Below the pieces are notes generated by a model. It searched no databases. It was not told where the DNA came from and was given only the letters and a program-made list of their open reading frames with translations. From NCBI RefSeq assembly GCF_036321535.1, contig NC_087437.1, positions 63,242,001 to 63,306,000 of the forward strand: a stretch of 64,000 nucleotides of DNA, given 5' to 3'. The stretch comes from Camelus dromedarius. Its lineage: Eukaryota. Below, piece by piece: positions 12,301-26,500 of this stretch. The stretch's first letter is position 1. Each line of letters opens with the position of its first letter. The position numbers were made by a program, and so were the translations under genes.

Positions 12301-15300
12301 CAAATCTGGAGGTCCATGGCCCTAGGGCCTGGGAAACCTGAGGCAGCGTGTGATAGCGCATTTGGCCATGGGTCTGTCAGAGAGGACCTTATCTAGGGAT
12401 CTGCTTTGGTCTTTGTCATGGGGAAAACTGAAACCTAAGGGGGAAATCACAAACATGCTTATTCAACACCTAGTGTAATACTAGATGGAATAATAAGAGT
12501 GGTCTGAAAAAAGTCTCAGAGAACTACCTCTGTGCATAACAAATCAAATAAATACTTCTAAACAAACTAGGTAGAACAGATTGAAAGGCTGAAAGAAACT
12601 GGGCCAGAGTAGAGAGAAGAAATTAGGCGATCTCCTTTTAGATTCAAGAGACATGTCAGGTGGCAGCAGCAGCAGGGCAGAGGAAACATTCTGGCTAACA
12701 ACCAGCAGACTTCTGTCAACCCTGCACCCCTCCAGCAGCCTGGCTGTCCTGGCTCAAAAATCAGACATCACAATCAGACACTATGAGAATTAACAGAGCA
12801 TTAGATTTTATAACCGAGCCAGAAGTGTGCCTCTTCTAGAACTGATGCCTTATGGAGTCTATTGGGAAATGCTAAAAATCATTTGTTACCAATTTATGTG
12901 AAAGTTTTTGGCAAATAGAATTCAAATCCCACCTCCCTCCTCTAAAGGTAATTCTAACACCAAATAATATGGAAATTAAGCATTTTTTACCCTTTGGGAT
13001 GAGGAATTCACCAGCCTTCTTAAAGTTCCAAAGGTCCTGAGGTTAATGAATTGAGCTAAGATATTTGCCATAACCCCACTAATTAAAGAGCCACATTCAA
13101 CTAGACTATAGACAACAAACTAGAGCAACTTTGGCTTGAACTGCTGATATTCATAACCCAGAAAGCTGATATTCATAACCCACAAAGTTTAACTTAATAA
13201 ATGCTCATCAGGACATCAAAATGCCAGGTTATAGGAAAAGAATACATAACCATTCTCAGGGAGACTTTACCATACATGTCACATAGCTCCTCCTGCCAAG
13301 ATACAGACTAGTTCATCAGTGAGCAGCACAGTCTAACCCACTACTGTACACAGGTCAGTAGGTCAACAGCTCCAAACGTGGGAAAGACAGTCTGCAGGCC
13401 CACTGCCTGCTTATAGAATCAGGCACAGCATGGTACAGCTGGCTGTCTGGCTGCTACTATGAGGCAAAGGGCTACCTACGAGGAAAGGTCTGAGAGGTAC
13501 ATTCTTAGGGTCCACCAAAGGTGCAGGGAAGCATCAGGACTCCAGCAGAAAGGAAAGCTGCCCCAGAGCTCTCTGAAGCTTGCACACAGTTGAGTGGAGA
13601 ATGACAGCATGTTCTCCATTTGCCTCTAGGGGCTTCTACAACCTTTTAAATAATGCAGTAACAGGAAGATGGGGCATAGAAGAGGAAATGGTACCACAGC
13701 TAATGCTGAAAAGACCCAAGCCTCTCCCAGCAGCCATCTCTACCCAACCTAGAGTTTTCCTGTTGCCTAGGAACAGCCACAAAGCATGCTGGGAAAGGTG
13801 GCTTAAGTATCCAGGTGCAGGCTCTGTGGGTCCTCTACACCACTTCTTGACCCGTGCCTGACTTTACTCGTCTATCTGAGCTTGCCTTTGGCTAGAGGCC
13901 TTGGGATTTCCCCACTTTGCACATGTCAAACACTCTCCCTGGGAAGGAAAAAAATTAATTTGACACAAGCAATCAATCCCACTGGAATGTTTGTGCACAC
14001 CGAGCCAAGCAGAAATGGATCCTAAAGGGACCACTTCTGGGAGGCAATGGGAATTTTAATGCTGAAAAATGATACTGTGTCAAGAACCCAGTATGATGGA
14101 AGAAGCACACATTTGCATCCAAAGCATGAGCACTGTCACACACGTGCATGCGGCATACATTTGCACACAGGTGTGCCCAGTCACTATCCTCATGGGAAAA
14201 GACTTCTGGGTATTTAATTGTCTAGGCTGTCGTCAATCTGTTGATGTTCTGTATTCAAAATATTTTAAGAGGTTGAAGAATACAGCAGTGCTAAACCCCT
14301 TTAAAGTAGAATGCTACAATAGCATGTGAAATGTTCCTATGAGTCCAATGTGATTTCTGTGGTGCTAGGCTTGGTGAAAGTGCCCACAACTTCTAATTCT
14401 CCAGGAATGTGCACAACCCTCTGCCTTTGCCTACTCTTCTCCCTCTGCAGGAATTCCCTCTGTACCCTGTCACTTTGGATAATGAGAGCATCTTCCAAAT
14501 GCCATTCAAGCATTTCCTACTCTATGACCACCAACACATCTGCCAAAATACGCTTCTCCATTCCCCAGTTTATGTGCCTGAATTCCACTAATGTAGTCAT
14601 TCATATACTTGGAATGTTTTAATGTACTTTTTAAAAAACTAATGTTTCCCTCTCTCAAAACATGAGTCCTCTGAAGGTCTAAAGAATGTGAGGGAAAGGA
14701 GACAGCATTCTGGGTAGAAGAAAATGTAGAAGAAAGCCAAGATAACAGTTCAGTGACCTCCTTTCAAGATGATGTGGTTGGACTGGGTTTGCACATGCCC
14801 TAGGAAATGAAGACTTTGGTTTGCTTTCACCACCTTTTCTCTGTGACTCAAAAGAAGAGTTCAAGGATGTAAGCTGGCAGGAAGATCAACAAGTTAGTCT
14901 TCCCATGCCTTGAGAGCCAGCAGGGCAGCTCTGACAGAGCCCTGGTGAAGGTGTTCTCTACGATGTTTCAGCATATCCCTAATGACAGACTTGGGGTCCA
15001 AAAGAACAGGCTGAGAAGTGTAGCCTTTTCAACACAGGCCCAGAAATCCCAGAAACCTGTCCCTTCTTTCAAAAGATTCTAAGGGCCAGAACAGTTTGAA
15101 GCCACTGCTGACCATCAGGATGATTCTCCCCGAGAGAATTAGAGCCCGTGCTCACCAAGCAAGGATGTGGGGTCACCTGTAAGCTGTGGCATCAGGGGTC
15201 TGACCAAGCAGTCTAGAGCTGCTGAGACCAAAGGCCTCGAAAGGACAGAAAGTCTTCAGAGAACCTGAGACCACATCCCACCTGGTTTCCTTCCCTGCTG

Positions 15301-16302
15301 ACTTTACTGCTGTCCAGTTAGCTCAGAATGTTGGAGATGGGAGATGCACTCAAGACCACCTAGCTCATCTCCCTCATTGTCTCAGAGAGGGCAAGGGGTT
15401 TACCAACTTTACCGATCACAACGCTGGGCTCCTGACACCCAGCCCACTGCTCTTTCCACTTGAACCCAACTATCTGGCACCATCATTTGCCTACTTTTGT
15501 ATTTTTGCCCTGTACTTTCCTTGCCTGTCCAGTTTACCAGTCTCCCAGTTTCTGTCACCTTCACAGGGAACAGAGTTCCCACTTTCCATGGTCAAATGAG
15601 AAACAGTGCACTAAGGATACTTGAGCCCCAGAGCCCTGGAGTAAGAACAGCATGTAAAACATAGATGTCTCCCTGTGTTAAAAGAAGTGGAAGAATTGTG
15701 GTTAAAAACAACAGCAAACAAACAACTCCACCAAAGAAGAAGCAGAGCGACAGCCCCAAGCTGGACTTCCTTTTTCTATTTATTATCTATTTAAATTGAT
15801 CTTATTTAACGTATCCTGTCTATAGAGTACATGTTCATGAAAACCTAGGCTAGTGTTAAAGGAATCAGCTTTATTTGGAAAAAGCAAAACTGACTGGCAC
15901 TGGTCATTTTAGAAGGCTGAAGAGACTCAGAAAGCAGATCCTATCAAGGTAAGAGGGAAACCAGAGCCATTAGAGGTCCCCAACACAAACGTCAGTCAGA
16001 CTCACCAGATAGAAATGCAGGAGTCAGCAGTGCAGCTCTGTAAGTAATCCATCACCCTCCTAAAACTGGGAGCTCCTTGAAGACAGAGACTGTGCCATAC
16101 TTACCTCTGTACCACGATGCATGGGATGTAAGGCATACTTGCTAAATGCTTGCTGGGAGAATCAACAACACTGCACTCTGGCATGCTTACATGCACATAA
16201 ACACATACAAGTATGTAGATAGAATTCCAATGAAGGCAGTCTTAGAAGCCCCACTTCTAAACTCTTTTTCCCCAAAATTATTGTTTTAACAAAGGTAACA
16301 CT

Positions 16303-16685
16303 TTTTAAAACATAATGTAAAAAAAAAAAAAAAAAGAAGAAGAAGAAGAAGAAGAAGAAAGACACAAATGAACTTATTTACAAAACAGAAACAGACTCAC
16401 AGACATAGAAAACAAACTTACACTTTCCCGGGGGGAAAGGAGGTGGGAAGGGATAAATTGGGAGTTTGAGATTTGCAAATACTAACTACCATATATAAAA
16501 TAGACAAACAAGTTTCTACTATATAGCACAGGGAACTATATTCAATATCTCATAGTAACCTATAATGAAAAAGAATATGAAAAGGAATATATATATGTAC
16601 ATGTATAACTGAATCACTATGCTGTACATCAGAAACTGACACAATATTGTGAACTATTTCAATTTAAAAAAAAAGATCTTAAAAA
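16303..16685 (+). mobile_element. L1 3' UTR fragment (camelid/artiodactyl type) with A/(GAA)n tract
   Basis: GACACAAATGAACTTATTTACAAAACAGAAACAGACTCACAGACATAG...ACTGAATCACTATGCTGTACA is closely similar to the tails at 7400-7700 and 54310-54640. Confidence 0.88.
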
Positions 16686-19180
16686 AAGTAACATTTAGGA
16701 TAGCTAGTTAAAGAAATAAATTAAATTAAATATAATGTATTTTTCTCTTTTGCATGTCCTTATACATATTAACCTGCCCCTTCCTCTATCAGAAACAACC
16801 GTTTGCCTCAGGGAAGTTTAAGATAGTTACAGTAGCAAACAAAGAGAAAGCACCCATGTTCAACTATTGACATCCTGGAGAGGATTGTTCTTAGTAAACA
16901 GCTTGAATTCTCAAGTTCCCATGAACATATCAAGATCCAAACTGGGTGGAGTTGACTGTTGAGATCACTTTAAACCAGCGGTAAAAAGTACTCAGGATGC
17001 CACAGAAGGGAGGGAGGGAGGGGAAGCTGTCACCCTCAAGCATCAGGGGAATGTGGCAAAAATTCAGTCTAGGAGATCAGATAGCAGGGTCTCAGCATCC
17101 TCCTTTACACCACGTGTGGAGGTGACCGTATGAAAACACAGCACTTGCCCAGTGGGTATTAGTTAGGTGAGCCTGGTGTAGAGGTTCTGTCTTTTCACAG
17201 TTGGCACTGAGTGAGCTAGGGATCCACATATTTCTTCATTCCCTGATGATGGTACTGAGAGATGCTCAGAGAGCCAGGGACCAGGCAGAGGCCTGGGGTT
17301 AGGATGAGGAGGCTGCCAAGTACAGGGACCTTGACCCCGTAGGCAAATAGTCAGGACATGAATGTTAGTGTTGGATATCAGCACAAGACCCCGCAAAAGC
17401 AAGACACATCTAGCCACACCTTTGCAGACACCAGTACAGGGATCAGATCAGACCAGACTAGCCCCTATGAAGCAAAGACCAGGGGGAATTCAACCATTAT
17501 GCCTTGGCACCCGTCTCCCCTGCCCCCACCGCTATCCCCACAAGCTCACAGGTACACCTCTACACACCCAGACCCAGAGAAGTGGGAGAACAGGAGAAAA
17601 TCCGAGTGACTGAGAAATTTACCTGAAAGAAACAGTCATCCAAAAAAGCTGATTCGGGGAGTAGGGGGAAAGTGGCATACTATAAACTAGCCAAGTTGGG
17701 GTGGAGGAAGATTAGCTCCACATTAGAAAAATTTTAAAGCGACATTGTCTTTGCATGTCTGGATGATAAGTAATGTGCAACCAAGCTTCGGTGTCACCCA
17801 TCGGAGAGAAATCCTCAGCCGCCCTGGGCAGTTAGATGAGCCACTCTTCCACACTCACACACTTGTCTCTTTTCCAAAAGCAAATGGAACGTATCATGAA
17901 ACGTTTCACTCTATCTCTAGTACTGCCAATTTCTTACCAGACATGAAAAAATGTACAGTCCTCAAACGTGGTGTGGCTGTCACTCCCCTCTGAGTCCCCT
18001 AGCTCAGCTTTCAACCACACTCAAAACCGAGGGAGACCCCGGAGAAAGCCGGCAGACAAAAACTCTTTTTATTGAGTCAGCAATTTTATTTGTCCAAAGC
18101 ATTCTCCTTCTATTATCTGACTTTATCGTCTACTATTCCTATAAGGTATGGCAGGGCAAGTGTGTTTACCTCTCTCTTCAGATGAGGAAAGACAGGTCCC
18201 ATCTGTAAAAACAGACATTTTTAACTGGCTTGGCCAAGTCACAGAGATAATCAGTGGTGGGTAGAATTGGAAACCAGGGTCTCCCGAATCACATCCTTGG
18301 ATTCTTCTAGCCAAACACAGACTATGGCTTTTGCACACAACCTAAAGCACTTCCATACCTGTGGTATTGGAATTAACTTTCACTCAAGCCCACAAAACAC
18401 ATGTGGCTTTTTTTGGCTAATTGTGACTGTAAATCTGCCTCCTAAGTCACTTAAAGGCACACAGCAAAAGAAGCCAAGAATGGTCTCTACCATTTATTTA
18501 AATGTCATTTTAAAAAGTGTCCGTAAACATTATACAGAAAGTTAGCCAGGACTGGCTTCTCTCCCTCTCTCTGGAGGATAAAAGCAGAAGAAATATCCTG
18601 ATCCTGCAGTTGTCCCACAGTCACCTTTGAAAATGATCCAGTAATGGGTAACCTTTCATGCTACACTTTGGACTAAATAATGTCCCAGAACAAACACTGG
18701 TCCACAGAAAAGGTGGGTTATAAATGTCCATCATTAGGAGTATGGTTAAATACAAAATGGCACATTCACACGACAGAATGTAACACGACTCTTAAAACAA
18801 ATGAGATGGAACATATGTCCTAACATGGAAAAACGTCCATGGTTAGAAAGTGATAAAAGCAAACTGCAGAATAACAGATATAGCATAATTCTCTTTTCGT
18901 TAAAATATGAAAGAAAGCCATGCATTTGTATAAACACACACTTGTATATTTAACAGGTACATACGTCTGTTGAGTTTATCAACTTTATGGAGGTGGAGGG
19001 AGAGAGAGCATTTACTTTTAACCACAGATCCTGTACTTCTGTGTGACTATTTTTGACAACAGCAAGTGTCAATGCCTTTACTCCTTCAAACATCCAACGG
19101 ATCTTCTGTCTTATATCATCCCCACGTAAAGGTGGAATTGGCTTTGTTCAATAGATAGGCATATACTGATATATCACATA

Positions 19181-19329
19181 TTTAATTTTTTTTATTTTGG
19201 GGGGTGTAATTAGGTTTATTATTTGTTTATTTTTAATGGAGGTACTGGGGATTGAACTCAGGACCTTGTACATGCTACCATACTAGTGGTAGCAAGCATA
19301 TGCTCTACCACTGAGCTATACTCTCCCCT
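19181..19329 (-). mobile_element. tRNA-derived camelid SINE (Vic-1-like)
   Basis: Reverse complement of the element at 2061 (GGAGGTACTGGGGATTGAACTCAGG...ACCACTGAGCTATACTCTCCCC) with a T-rich tail on plus. Confidence 0.9.
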
Positions 19330-22169
19330 TCATACATTTCAACTAATTAGGGAAAAATGACTTCATTTAGGAAAATGTCTGGCCTCCCATTTGTTTTTTA
19401 ATTTAATTCAGTGATCAAAAAGCAAACCTGGATCAAGGGAAAGAGTACACACACAGGAAACAAGACCAGAAGCTCTCAAATTAACAAACAGGGGTTCTCT
19501 CTGGATGATGGGATTACAGTGGTGTTTCTATCCTTTATACTTCATCTCATTTTCCAAATGCTCTATAGTGAGCCAGCGTTATTTTTATAATAAAAAATAA
19601 CTTTAGGACAAAAAAATAAATGTTTTATGAAAGTATACTGAAAATCAAATTTCTCTAAATGAAACCTTATTTACTACTTAAATTATCTTTTACCTTATAG
19701 ACAATACATACATATTAAATGAATCAAAGAATGAGTGAAATTCCCTTTCTGAATGACCTCCAGTTAGCCATTTTTTCCTGTATCAGTCTCCCCACAAACA
19801 AACAAGACCATAAACTCTTCAGGGACAAGGACCATTTGTTACCAATCTTTAGCAGCCCCCTTAGTATCTGGACCCGGCATAATACTGGGCACACGGCAGA
19901 CACTCAGTCAGTATCGATCAGTTGGTCCATCTGTATGTTTGAACTTCCCTATATGCTTCTTTAGTTTTCCAGTGCCTATGAAATATACAAACATTTGTAA
20001 GCAAGCAATAAAAGGTCCCCTCTAATTAATCCAGAGTCAACAAGAATTGTTCATTATATTCCACAGTAAATATTGATCTCATAGGTCTTTTTGTTTAAGG
20101 TAGAATTGCTTGTCCACAAAAAAGATTCATTTCCGTAGCACAACAATTCATTATAAAACTCCCAAATGACCTACATACCAATAAACAGCTCTTTTAAAAA
20201 AAATTAAGTCAACAAATTCTAATCAAGCAAGTATTATCTGCAAGGCATTGAATTGGATATTGGGAAGAAGACAGACAAGTCCAAAACAAAAGATGAGTAC
20301 AGCCTACTTGGGAAAACCAGACATGACCATTTTCTAAGGTAGGGCTTCCAAAAGTCTTTGGAGTCATCAATGTTCAGGAAGGTTCTGGAAAGAGACTAGT
20401 GTCCAAACAAGTCTGTCCACCACCTTGGACATCTCTTGTCCAAGTCACTACCCAAGGACTCAAGAGTCCTGTTTTCACCTCTACTCCAGAGACTCCAGGG
20501 CTGAGCAAAATGCAGAAGTCTGCACACCTGGCCCATTCTGAACTCAAATGGACAGGTCATTCTTTAATGCAATTCTCACTCACTCTTCAGAGAATGGATC
20601 CAATCCATCCCCTTTCTTCACAGGCTCTCAGCACCTTCTCAGTTCTTCAGATGACCGTGGCTCCCATTCACAGAGAAAACTGAGGTCAGTCTTCTTAATA
20701 AGCTTAATAAGAGCTCTAACATCTGACCTGTACACTTGACCTGAAAACCACCTGGTCTTTTCCCATAGCCATAGAGGAAAAGTGTCTCTCCATCCCAGAG
20801 GTAACCTCTTTGCCTGGGAATCTCATCCTTTTCTGACTTTTGAGGAATCTAGTGCCCACCCTAGTACCCTACCGACATATGTACCACTTTCTATCACTTT
20901 CAGCAGCTATCACTGTCTCCTCTCATGATTTTTTCAAACATTCAAAGATTTTTCTCTCTTGAAAAAAAAAAACTTCACTGGACTTGATAACCTTTAAAAA
21001 TTTTTATTGAAGTATCATTTGCATGTATAAAATTGCACGTAAGCCTACAGCTCACTGAAAGCTCACAAACAGATCACACCTATGATCAAAGAACAGAAGA
21101 TTACTTAGAAAAATACCTCTTCAATTGTCATTTTATTATTCTCCTTACTTTTATTGCCAAGCTTCTTGAACAGTGGTCCATCTTGATTTTCACTACCTCC
21201 TGATCTAGCTCGGCATAAGCATCCCCTCTTCAGTGAATCCTCCCCACACCCATCCGGGGAGGTTGTTGATGCTTCCCCTATGTTCTCAATGTTCAGCCTG
21301 CAGTCCTCTTTATGGCACTTGTACTACCTTGCAATCATTTGTTTATGTGTCAGACAACCCCACTAGACCATTACCCTCCATGTGGGAAAGATGATTTGAT
21401 TTCTAACTTGTTTTTGTAGCCCCAGTGCCTGGCACTTATTAGGTGCACAGCTGGTGTTTGACACTCGAATGAATGAATGCAAGAATAAATGAAGAGATCC
21501 ACTCACTGAAATCTAGTGCCCTACTGAAACTGATCAGACTTTGTCCAGTTCTCATCAAAAGTAATCACAATATTTAGCTGTCAAATTCAGTGGTTAGGAT
21601 CATGAAGAATGACTAGAAAATTACACTGTTCCAATAGTTGGTTAAGCATTCTTTTTATATCCAAGAATTTGAGCCTGTTATGTGCCAATGGACTGGGGTA
21701 CAGAGAAGAGACAATATCTTGCACCTACCCCACAAATTAAAGCTGAGGCATCATTCTTAATGGCATTCTGTCCTTCCAAGGCCACATACCCAGCATGGAA
21801 TCCTGCCAATCTTCTTCCCCAACTGCTCCCAGAGATACTCCTCCCTTTCCCCACAATCTCCTTTCCAGGACAGTAAGAAGTCAGAGACAGGAATCCCCCA
21901 GGAGCCCCAGACCCCTCCTCCCTGCCCCCTTTTGTCACATCCAATTAACCATCTGCCAGTCTCCTGGGTCTCCCTCTAGGCCCACTGTCCAGCTGCCAAC
22001 TGAATCCTGTGTTCCCCACCCCCATTCCCCATAGATGGCCATTGTCCCTGGGCTGCAGGGTAAGAGTGTAAAAGGCAGGGGGTTTAGACACATTCCCAGT
22101 CTCTGCCTGCCATGCTCTGGAATAACTGTAACTGAAAGCTTAGAAATAATACCCCTACCTATCTATGCA

Positions 22170-22292
22170 GAAGGAAGGGAGGGAGAAAGGGAGGGAGGGA
22201 GAGAAGATGGAGAGGAGGGGAGGGAGGGAGGAAGGAAGGAAGGAAGGGAAGATGGGGAGGGCATCACAGAGGAGGGGAGAGGAAGAAGGAAA
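22170..22292. repeat. Purine-rich low-complexity (GGAA/GGGA)n tract
   Basis: Read directly from the sequence. Confidence 0.9.
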
Positions 22293-23499
22293 CTACTGAA
22301 GCATAATTTTCATAATTTGTAAAATGCAACTAGTAATATGATTATATATGTAATATAGTTATACTAGTAATAGAATATGACTATTCTATTACTAGTAATA
22401 TAATCCCATTTCTATTACTATTTATAACGTGAATGTAACTATCACAATATGTATCTACAAACATCAAGCAATCCTGATAAGTAAGGATTTTTTTTTTACC
22501 CATTTTAGACATGAGAAAACTGAAGCTCAAAGAGGCTATACCTTGCACAAGGTCACATGGCCAGTAAGTTCCTGTTCTAAGACTCCATGATTCTGGAACT
22601 GAGCCATACCTCAGGAAACTCCCACCTCCTCCTACTCCAGGAAATATAAACCCAGTCCCCTACAGCCCACCTTGTGGTAATAGTAGCCCCTAGATTCCTA
22701 CTCCCCATCCCCCTAGAGGGCCACGTAAGACTCCTCACTTGACGACAGTCCTTGGGTTTGCCCCTTTGGGGACAAAGGAATGAGTGTACTCATTGGCATC
22801 TTCCCTCTGGTAATGAAGGGTTCCTCTTCATGGAGAAAAATGGGCAAGAGGTTCTTCCAAGACCCCTACTCCGCTTCCTCTTTCTTTTAGAACTTCTAGA
22901 GGCATTAAAGAAACTGGAAATTCAAGAGCAGGTCCATCCCTGACAGGAGACAGCACCCAGTGGCCAGGCATGGACCCCTTCTCAGGAGGCTGCCCTGACA
23001 CCTTCCTGCCTGAGTCCTCCTTCTGTCCTATCCTCACTCACCCTCCACCTACCCCTCAACTTGCTTTTCTGACTCACACTCTGTAGGAAGTGATTCTGTA
23101 GACCCCACTATAGCCTGGAGCAAATCCCACCTCAGCCTGCAAAAAGAAGCCACCAGCACTTATAAAAAGATTGCTATTTTGGGACCTCCCAGCCTTGCTT
23201 TCTAGCTTCTCTGCCAAAGAAGCCTTTCAGAGCCACACCAACCCAGCTCACCCATTTCACAGCTGGCCTCAGCTTGCACTACCCTCCCCAAGCATGGTAC
23301 CACAAGCCCCTGAGTCTTCAAGCCAGGTGACGCTCTCTCTGCTGGGGCTGTTGATCAGCACATTATGCCCTCAGCCAAACTTTACTGAAGTCTGCCTTCC
23401 CCCAGTCTCCTCCTCTAGCCCAAGGCTCACCCCTAAGCTAACCTTGAGATCCACCCCTACAGGCTTATCCAGGATCTTCCTCCTCCAATTGCTCCTCTC

Positions 23500-24830
23500 T
23501 TTTCTAAATATTCATTCCCTTCCCCTTGCCTGCCTTCTCCCTCCTACCCACCCCTAGGTATTCACGTATCTTCTCTACCTAAAAAAAGCCTCCCCTCAAC
23601 TCTGCTACCCATCTCCAACTACCTTACTATTTTTAACCTTTCCTTCACAGCCAAACCTTTCCAAAGAGTCATCTATATGCACTCCCACCACTTCCTCCCC
23701 ATCCACTCACTCCCTATTCCCCTTGAAATTCGAATTCCACCTCCCATACACAATTCAAACTGTTATTTCAAAGGTTACCAGTGATCTCCCAATTTCCAGA
23801 ACCCAGAGGTGTGCTCAGCCCCCTTCTCCCTCAGTCTCTCTGCAGCACAGTCTCTGCTGATGATCCGACCGCTTCCCAGCCCTGCTCTCTCCTGGTTCCC
23901 CTCCAGCCCTTCACTGGAGTCTACAGCTCTGTCCTTGGCCCTCTGCCCTTAAGTCTGTGTATGCATTTCATTTATTATCTCATCTATTCTGATAGCTCCA
24001 GCCACAACTTCTTATGGATATCTCCCAAATCTATATTTTCGTCTCTGGCCTCCCTCCAAAGCACCAGACTCCCTTCATTATCCACCTACTGAATCAACAC
24101 CTCCTTAAGCTATTTCACTGACACCTGAAAAGCAACATGTCCCCAAAGTAAATTCCCAAATCCTTTCTTTCCTCCTGCCTCCCCACAGCCACTCCTCCTC
24201 TTCCTTAACTCCCGATTTTCATTTATGGTACTTCCATCCTCACCCAGGCTCTAAGCTTTGGAGCAATCTTTGAGTCCTGCCTCTTCCTTAACACCTCTCC
24301 ATCCAACTTACAAAGTCCTACAGACTCTACATTCCACACGCTCCCTCACATCCACCCCCTCCTCCCTATTTCCACTGTGGCATCCCAAGTTCAGACGCTC
24401 CTAACCTATCAAGTCGTCTTCCAGTCCAGCCCTGGCCAGCAGTTCCTCCCCCCTTGCAATCCACCCTCTGCAGGGCTGCCAGATTTATCTTCCTGATCGT
24501 GTCACCACCCCATTCAGAAATGTTTAGTGGCTCCTGAAAGCAAACTGCAGAAAGGCCAAACTCTTTGGCCTGCCATTTAAAGCCCTATATTATCGAGAAG
24601 TCCAATAAATGTTTGATAAATGAAGCAATCAACTTGGTCCCCATCCCCTTCTGAGTTTTATCTCCCATTGATCCTCCACCTGCATCCTCTAAGTCACATA
24701 AACTGGACCACTTACTGCTCTATATATGCCATGGATGGTCGCACATTTTTCTAACACTGTTCCAACACTTTCTGTCTTCCCCATCCAAATCTTACCCACC
24801 CTTCAAGTCTCAGCTCAAGAAGGAACGGCT
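23500..24830 (+). mobile_element. L2 LINE remnant
   Basis: Pyrimidine-rich decayed sequence with L2 motifs (CAAAGGTTACCAGTGATCTCC, CAACATGTCCCCAAAG, CCCTTCAAGTCTCAGCTCAA). Confidence 0.6.
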
Positions 24831-26290
24831 TCCTTGAGAACAATTCATTTGTCACTTTTCACTCTCCTACTTGTCTATGTCTCGTTATCTGTTTTCTAGC
24901 TAACTTCTAGCTCCCTTCTAATAATACTATGGGACAGAAGGGGAGGAGATGAAGCTAATTCTCCAACAGTTTCTTCTTTACCTCCCTGAATTAATTCCTC
25001 TGTCCTCTCAGCTAATTCTTTCTGTTCCTTCACTCTTCGGCAGACACGATTTCAAGCAGCTCTATTGATCCAACAACTCTATGGCTGCCAATCATTTCCT
25101 AGTTATTCTGCTGCCAGTCATTCACACTCAAAGGAGAGGCAGAAGAAGTCTAAACTGCACGCAGGCAGAGAGGAAGGAAGGGACTGGTTCTCTGTACCCA
25201 CCTGAGGCTCAGCGGAAGCAAGAACTCCATCCTCACTGGTCTCCTCCAGATGGCATGGGGACACGTGGCCCAGGGCCTGGGGGGCTGGCATTTTTACACC
25301 TTTGTGGAAGAGGAGAGAACAAGAGTGCCCTGATCTATTGTAAGGAGGGTGCCTCATCCAGTCCCCTTGGGAAACCAAATTGAGAAGGATTGGAAAAGGT
25401 CCCATGGAGGTCAGATTAAACAAGATACTATTTGTCAGAAGAGGTACTTAGAGTAATAGAATGTTCAATATGGAAGGAACTATCTACACATATTTGGATA
25501 GAATGGTACAACTTACAAAGACCTTTCACATTCAGTATCTTATTTGAGTCTCTCAACAGCCTGGTAAGGGAACTGGGGAGTGTGTGTGTTTGGAGCGGGG
25601 GAGGTTATCCTCATCTTACACAGATGTTACTCATTTGCCCAAGTCGTTCAGATAAGTAGAGAGCAAAGGTGGGGGTTCACCTCTTGCTCCCTTGCGTGAT
25701 CTTCTCTGCCTCTTTCACAGGCTTTTTCTCCCTTCCTTCCCCGCTTAAATCCAAGTGCTCCCTGAGGGGGGTATAGTAATTATATTCCTGCTCTGTAGTC
25801 TTTCTTGCAATGATTTTATACACTCCCATAGCAGAGTACACGGCTGCACTAGGCACTCAATAAATATTTGTCAAACAAATGATTAAATGAAAGAATGGAA
25901 AAGAGCTGAGGCCCAAACCCTCGCCTTCTGATTCCACCCAGGCTCCTGCACTCCGACGTGATGCCTTTCCAGCGCCCTCTCCCACTCCTCGTCAAAAGCC
26001 CTGCACTACCCTTCGGAGATTCCCTCAGCCTCTGTGCCATCGCATTCAGGTAAAAATGAACACAACAGGAACAGCCAAGACTTCTTGTGCTCCTAATGTG
26101 TGTCAGAAACCACTAGATATTTTTTACACCTTTTTCTTCCTATTTAATCCTCTCAACCTGTGAAACAAGCATTCTTGGTCCCACTTTGCAGAAGACTGAG
26201 GATGACAGAGATTAAATAATTTACCCAAGATTCTGCCCCTGATTATTACTGAGCCTGTCTGACCCAAAGCCCATGATCTTCTGGCTATAC

Positions 26291-26500
26291 CAGGATTTCT
26301 TAGCCTCAGACCACCAACATTTGGGGGCTGGATAATTCTTTACTGTCTTGTGCATTATAAGATGCTTAGAAGCACCCTAGACCTCTGTGCACTAGATGCC
26401 AGCACCAACCCCCTTCCCTGAGCTGTGACAACCAAAAAAATTCTCCAGACATTGCCAAATATTTCCTGGAGGACAAAACTGCCTCCAGTTAAGACCACTA
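26291..26500. mobile_element. MER20 DNA transposon
   Basis: CATTTGGGGGCTGGATAATTCTTT...CACTAGATGCCAG...TGTGACAACCAAAAA..TCTCCAGACATTGCCAAAT match recalled MER20. Confidence 0.8.
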
